DNA of 64,000 nucleotides from Leptospiraceae bacterium (GTDB lineage Bacteria; Spirochaetota; Leptospiria; Leptospirales; Leptonemataceae): NCBI GenBank assembly GCA_040217195.1, contig JAVJNR010000005.1, positions 1 to 64,000 of the forward strand, read 5' to 3'. Shown piece by piece: positions 60,866 to 64,000 of this stretch (position 1 is its first letter; each line of letters starts with the position of its first letter). The notes under the pieces were generated by a model. It saw only the letters and a program-made list of their open reading frames with translations, ran no database searches and was not told where the DNA came from. The position numbers and the translations under genes were made by a program.

Positions 60866-60969
60866 TTCTTTCCTTTAATTTCAGATATTTCTGCCCGGGC
60901 CCGGGTCTTTACAACACCATGCTGGTTTTAGTATTATTTGAGGCGATCAATAGATAAATTCAGTTCCAA

Positions 60970-62034
60970 TCATGGAGGGGTCAAATCTCTAAACCCTCCA
61001 TCCGGCCGAGCTGCCTGGGGAAGCGTATTTCGGACTCCTGGAAACGTTCCTGGATCACGCGGAGTCGTTCGCGTATTGGGAGCCGGTTCTTCAATGGTGG
61101 TAAAATCGTAGGGCTGAACCGGAGGTTCATTTTGAGGATTCTGTGCAGCCGGCTCCTGTAGCTGACCCTGATTTCCAGGCTGGTTACCGCGAAAGTATTG
61201 CTCATAGGGCATAACCAGAACTCGAACGTTATCACTCAAAGAATCCACCGCTGCATAGTCACGAAGCTCCGGATATTTCTGCAGCAGCACTGCCATCTTT
61301 TCCAGACGATCCAGATACACCTCATTCAGGATTTCGCTTGCCTGTTTCTTGGCTCTTGCCTGGTCGATTATGCTGATACGTTCCAGACGATTGTTCAATA
61401 GATTCTGGCCGGCCTGAAGCGTTGCATTGTAGCGTCCTGCATCCGGAACATAGATTCGTTCTACATAGATCCTGCGAAATTCGATACCTTCCGGTCTGAA
61501 ATAGTTATTCAGTTCGGTACGCAGGTCGCCCCTTACGTAGAGATTTAACTCATCTTCCAGTCCATTCAAGGCCGCTTCGTTGGGAGCCAGCTGCCTCATC
61601 TTTGTGGCCCAGAAGGATCGCATTCGTAGCTCCAGATACGGCTTTAATTGAGACCAGTCCCCTACGGGAAGGCTGAGAAACAGGGAACGAATGTTCCCCT
61701 CTGAGATGGCATATTCATAATGAGCCTCTACCTGTACGGCGAAGCTATCATCCAGTCCCAGTAACTGGCCGGCCGGGAACTGATAGATCCAGGGAAAACG
61801 AATAAAGCGGGGCTCAAGTTGAATTCTATGTAATCGGACTCGATTGGGGATGGCCAGAGAAGGCAAGAAACTGGTTTCGCCCGGTGAGATAAGCTCATCC
61901 TGGAGGCCGTCCACGGTATCTTCCACCAGGATGGTTTCCCGGTAACCGGCGGTGACTGTGCCTGCATAAGCCCAGGCGATTACAGATGCTAACAGTACGC
62001 CCCAGAAAAGTGAGCGAAAGAATCTACCAGTCAT
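60970..62034 (-). CDS. Membrane-anchored SPFH/band-7-like protein
   Basis: N-terminal [18 protein letters not shown] then coiled coil; ATGA overlap with hfq. Confidence 0.6.
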   Translation of the reverse strand: MTGRFFRSLFWGVLLASVIAWAYAGTVTAGYRETILVEDTVDGLQDELISPGETSFLPSLAIPNRVRLHRIQLEPRFIRFPWIYQFPAGQLLGLDDSFAVQVEAHYEYAISEGNIRSLFLSLPVGDWSQLKPYLELRMRSFWATKMRQLAPNEAALNGLEDELNLYVRGDLRTELNNYFRPEGIEFRRIYVERIYVPDAGRYNATLQAGQNLLNNRLERISIIDQARAKKQASEILNEVYLDRLEKMAVLLQKYPELRDYAAVDSLSDNVRVLVMPYEQYFRGNQPGNQGQLQEPAAQNPQNEPPVQPYDFTTIEEPAPNTRTTPRDPGTFPGVRNTLPQAARPDGGFRDLTPP

Positions 62035-62276
62035 TTAGACTCGGAGGATTCCTCCTCAGCCTGGATCTGAATAGACCGAGCAAGAATGATGGTTGATATA
62101 GCATGCTTGTAAACCAGAGATTGTTTACCATCGTTTTCAATGACGATGGTAAAGTTGTCGAAGCTTACAACGCGGCCTTTCAGGGGTACTCCATTCATTA
62201 GATAGATGGTGATTTCCATCTTCTCCTTTCTGGCGGAGTTCAGTACCATATCCTGTATATTATTTTTATTTCCCAT
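62031..62276 (-). CDS. hfq: RNA chaperone Hfq
   Basis: [32 protein letters not shown]. Confidence 0.98.
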   Translation of the reverse strand: MGNKNNIQDMVLNSARKEKMEITIYLMNGVPLKGRVVSFDNFTIVIENDGKQSLVYKHAISTIILARSIQIQAEEESSESK

Positions 62277-62330
62277 ACAATGGACACCCGAGGCGTTTCT
62301 GCAGGAGAATTATTCTTGAACGGCTCTGAG

Positions 62331-63314
62331 TCAATGATTAATTCCAGGCCCAGAGAAAAGATTAATTGCTGCTTCTTCCAGATCTACTGAATTCAGCGAA
62401 TCCACAAATTTCACGTAAGAGCGCTTCTGAAACCAGATCCTCTGCCTTCTTGCATACTGTCTATGAACGATCCAGAGCCTTTCTTTCAGTTCTTCTTTGC
62501 TCATGTCGCCGTCCACACAGGACAATGCTTCTGGATATCCCAGAATCTTCAGGCCCGGACAGGATCCAAATCTCTGCCTGCAGGAGCGTGCCTCTTCAAG
62601 AATTCCCTGTTCTATCATCTCACTGGCTCTGATTTCCAATCTTTGCCACAGAACTTCCTCTCCTGGGTAAAGAAACAATCCCTGGAAGTCAAAACCACTG
62701 CCCGGTTCGTTTCGCTTCTGCTCCCAGAGTTCTTTCATGGTTTTGTTAGTAGAAAGAACCATGATCAAGTACCTTTCCACGCGATAGGCATCGTTGGGAT
62801 GGATTCGTCCCTGGGAGGGAGATTCTCCAGTAGCCACAATGCACTCTGGATCCTTCTGCAATAGAAGTTCCAACCGCTCCGAATGCTCCATTCCCTTTAC
62901 ACGGTTGCGAATTTCAGGATCCTCTTCAAAGTCGAATGGACCGGTAATCAACATCTGCAGATAAAAGCCAGCGCCGCCAACGAGCATTGGAATTCGATTT
63001 CTATCAATGACGTCCTGAATTGACGCAAGAGCCATTTGCCTGTATTCCATGGCCGTGAAGGTTTGATCTGGATCTATGATTCCCACCAGATGATGCTTTA
63101 TATATTTTAGTGTCTCTGGATTCGGTGCAGCGGTTCCAATTGTGAGATAGCGGTAGATCTGTCTGGAATCCAGAGAAATGATCTCGAATCTTTCTGGATC
63201 TAAAGAGTTTACAAGGTCCGTTTTGCCTGCACCTGTGGGACCGGCCAGAACGGGGATGATGAGACTCAGATGGCCCCTTCTTTTTCGAGGATGTTGAGTA
63301 TGGCCGAGGTGCAT
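62331..63314 (-). CDS. miaA: tRNA dimethylallyltransferase MiaA (start uncertain)
   Basis: GPTGAGKT, DSRQIYR..IGTA, HHL, GGAGFY, RQYARRQRIWF. Confidence 0.96.
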   Translation of the reverse strand: MHLGHTQHPRKRRGHLSLIIPVLAGPTGAGKTDLVNSLDPERFEIISLDSRQIYRYLTIGTAAPNPETLKYIKHHLVGIIDPDQTFTAMEYRQMALASIQDVIDRNRIPMLVGGAGFYLQMLITGPFDFEEDPEIRNRVKGMEHSERLELLLQKDPECIVATGESPSQGRIHPNDAYRVERYLIMVLSTNKTMKELWEQKRNEPGSGFDFQGLFLYPGEEVLWQRLEIRASEMIEQGILEEARSCRQRFGSCPGLKILGYPEALSCVDGDMSKEELKERLWIVHRQYARRQRIWFQKRSYVKFVDSLNSVDLEEAAINLFSGPGINH

Positions 63315-63838
63315 TGATCGATGGAATCATTGGTAATCACATGGTCGAACTGCCTGGCCTCTTCCAGTTCGCGAATACCATCTTCAAGGCGAAGTAGAAT
63401 GTCTTTTTCTGAATCTGTTCCTCTATGACGGAGACGCTGTTCCCATTGCTTTCGATCCGGAGGCTCCAGGAAGATACTGATAACCTGATCCCCCATCCGT
63501 TCTTTGATGTGCCGACGCCCCTGAACATCGATGATCAGAATAACCGATTGCCCACGATTGATGATTTCCTGCACCGAGGATTCGGGCACTCCGTACAGAT
63601 TTCCGTGCACCGTGGCATGTTCCAGGAATTCTCCTCTATCTATGCGATTCTGGAAATCCTGGCGCTCCAGGAAAAGGTAATCCTTTCCATGCTCCTCCCC
63701 CGGACGCGGATCCCTTGAGGTAGCGGTAATGGCCACAGCCAGATCATTTGTCTTCTCCAGAAGATGGCGCACTATGGTATTTTTGCCACCACCGGAAACC
63801 GATGAAATCACTACGACTCTGGGTTCTTTGTTCTTCAC
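63266..63838 (-). CDS. gmk: Guanylate kinase
   Basis: SGGGKNT, TSRDPRPGE.HGKDY, FLEHA.VHGNLYG, IDVQG. Confidence 0.97.
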   Translation of the reverse strand: MKNKEPRVVVISSVSGGGKNTIVRHLLEKTNDLAVAITATSRDPRPGEEHGKDYLFLERQDFQNRIDRGEFLEHATVHGNLYGVPESSVQEIINRGQSVILIIDVQGRRHIKERMGDQVISIFLEPPDRKQWEQRLRHRGTDSEKDILLRLEDGIRELEEARQFDHVITNDSIDQCTSAILNILEKEGAI

Positions 63839-63906
63839 TCTTCCCTTCTTCGGTTAGATCCTGAGCAGCATCCAATATGACACTACCAACTCCAAAATGC
63901 TTTGAT

Positions 63907-64000
63907 CTATATCCAGACCAACATACCGGCCAGTTTAGCCCCGGCTCATTTTGGACAAATCATTTCTGATAGAGTACGCCTTCTTCTGTAGGCCTGGTCT
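63907..64000 (-). CDS. Possible 3' end of a gene entering from beyond the window
   Basis: Open frame ...TRPTEEGVLYQKMFVQNEPGLNWPVCWVWI*. Confidence 0.35.

Noticed and set aside
1..64000. tRNA, rRNA or IS elements
   Set aside because: No cloverleaf, rRNA-like sequence or transposase ORF recognised

Overview
This window looks like chromosomal DNA from a spirochaete of the family Leptospiraceae. That is inferred from spirochaete-type FliF/FliG/FliM, Leptospira-style lipoproteins, a DUF1554 protein and the hrcA-grpE-dnaK-dnaJ layout. Most of it is housekeeping: flgB-flgC-fliE-fliF-fliG, fliM, an flgF/flgG-family gene, an MBOAT/SGNH O-acylation set, polyprenyl synthase, the transketolase N-half, miaB, a CIRCE-controlled heat-shock operon, srkA, lipocalin, and gmk-miaA-hfq-SPFH-manC. 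The main accessory feature is a ~6.6 kb minus-strand array (774-7330) directly downstream of fliG. In it, five intact lipoprotein genes (two beta-propeller-like, one LRR-like, two unknown) alternate with start-less or frameshifted C-terminal fragments, the layout of an orphan toxin-tip/immunity array. Other points of interest: an un-called 31-aa bS22-like ribosomal protein gene; a cNMP-domain/aspartase fusion next to a tandem hemerythrin, a CBS protein with a structured leader and an in-frame cytochrome-b-like/YceI fusion; a recurring sigma28-like CGA-core element before flagellar and non-flagellar genes; a (CGGGAT)22 array at the window edge; and a 74-bp tandem duplication between fliF and fliG. 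All family assignments come from motif recognition by eye; no searches were run.
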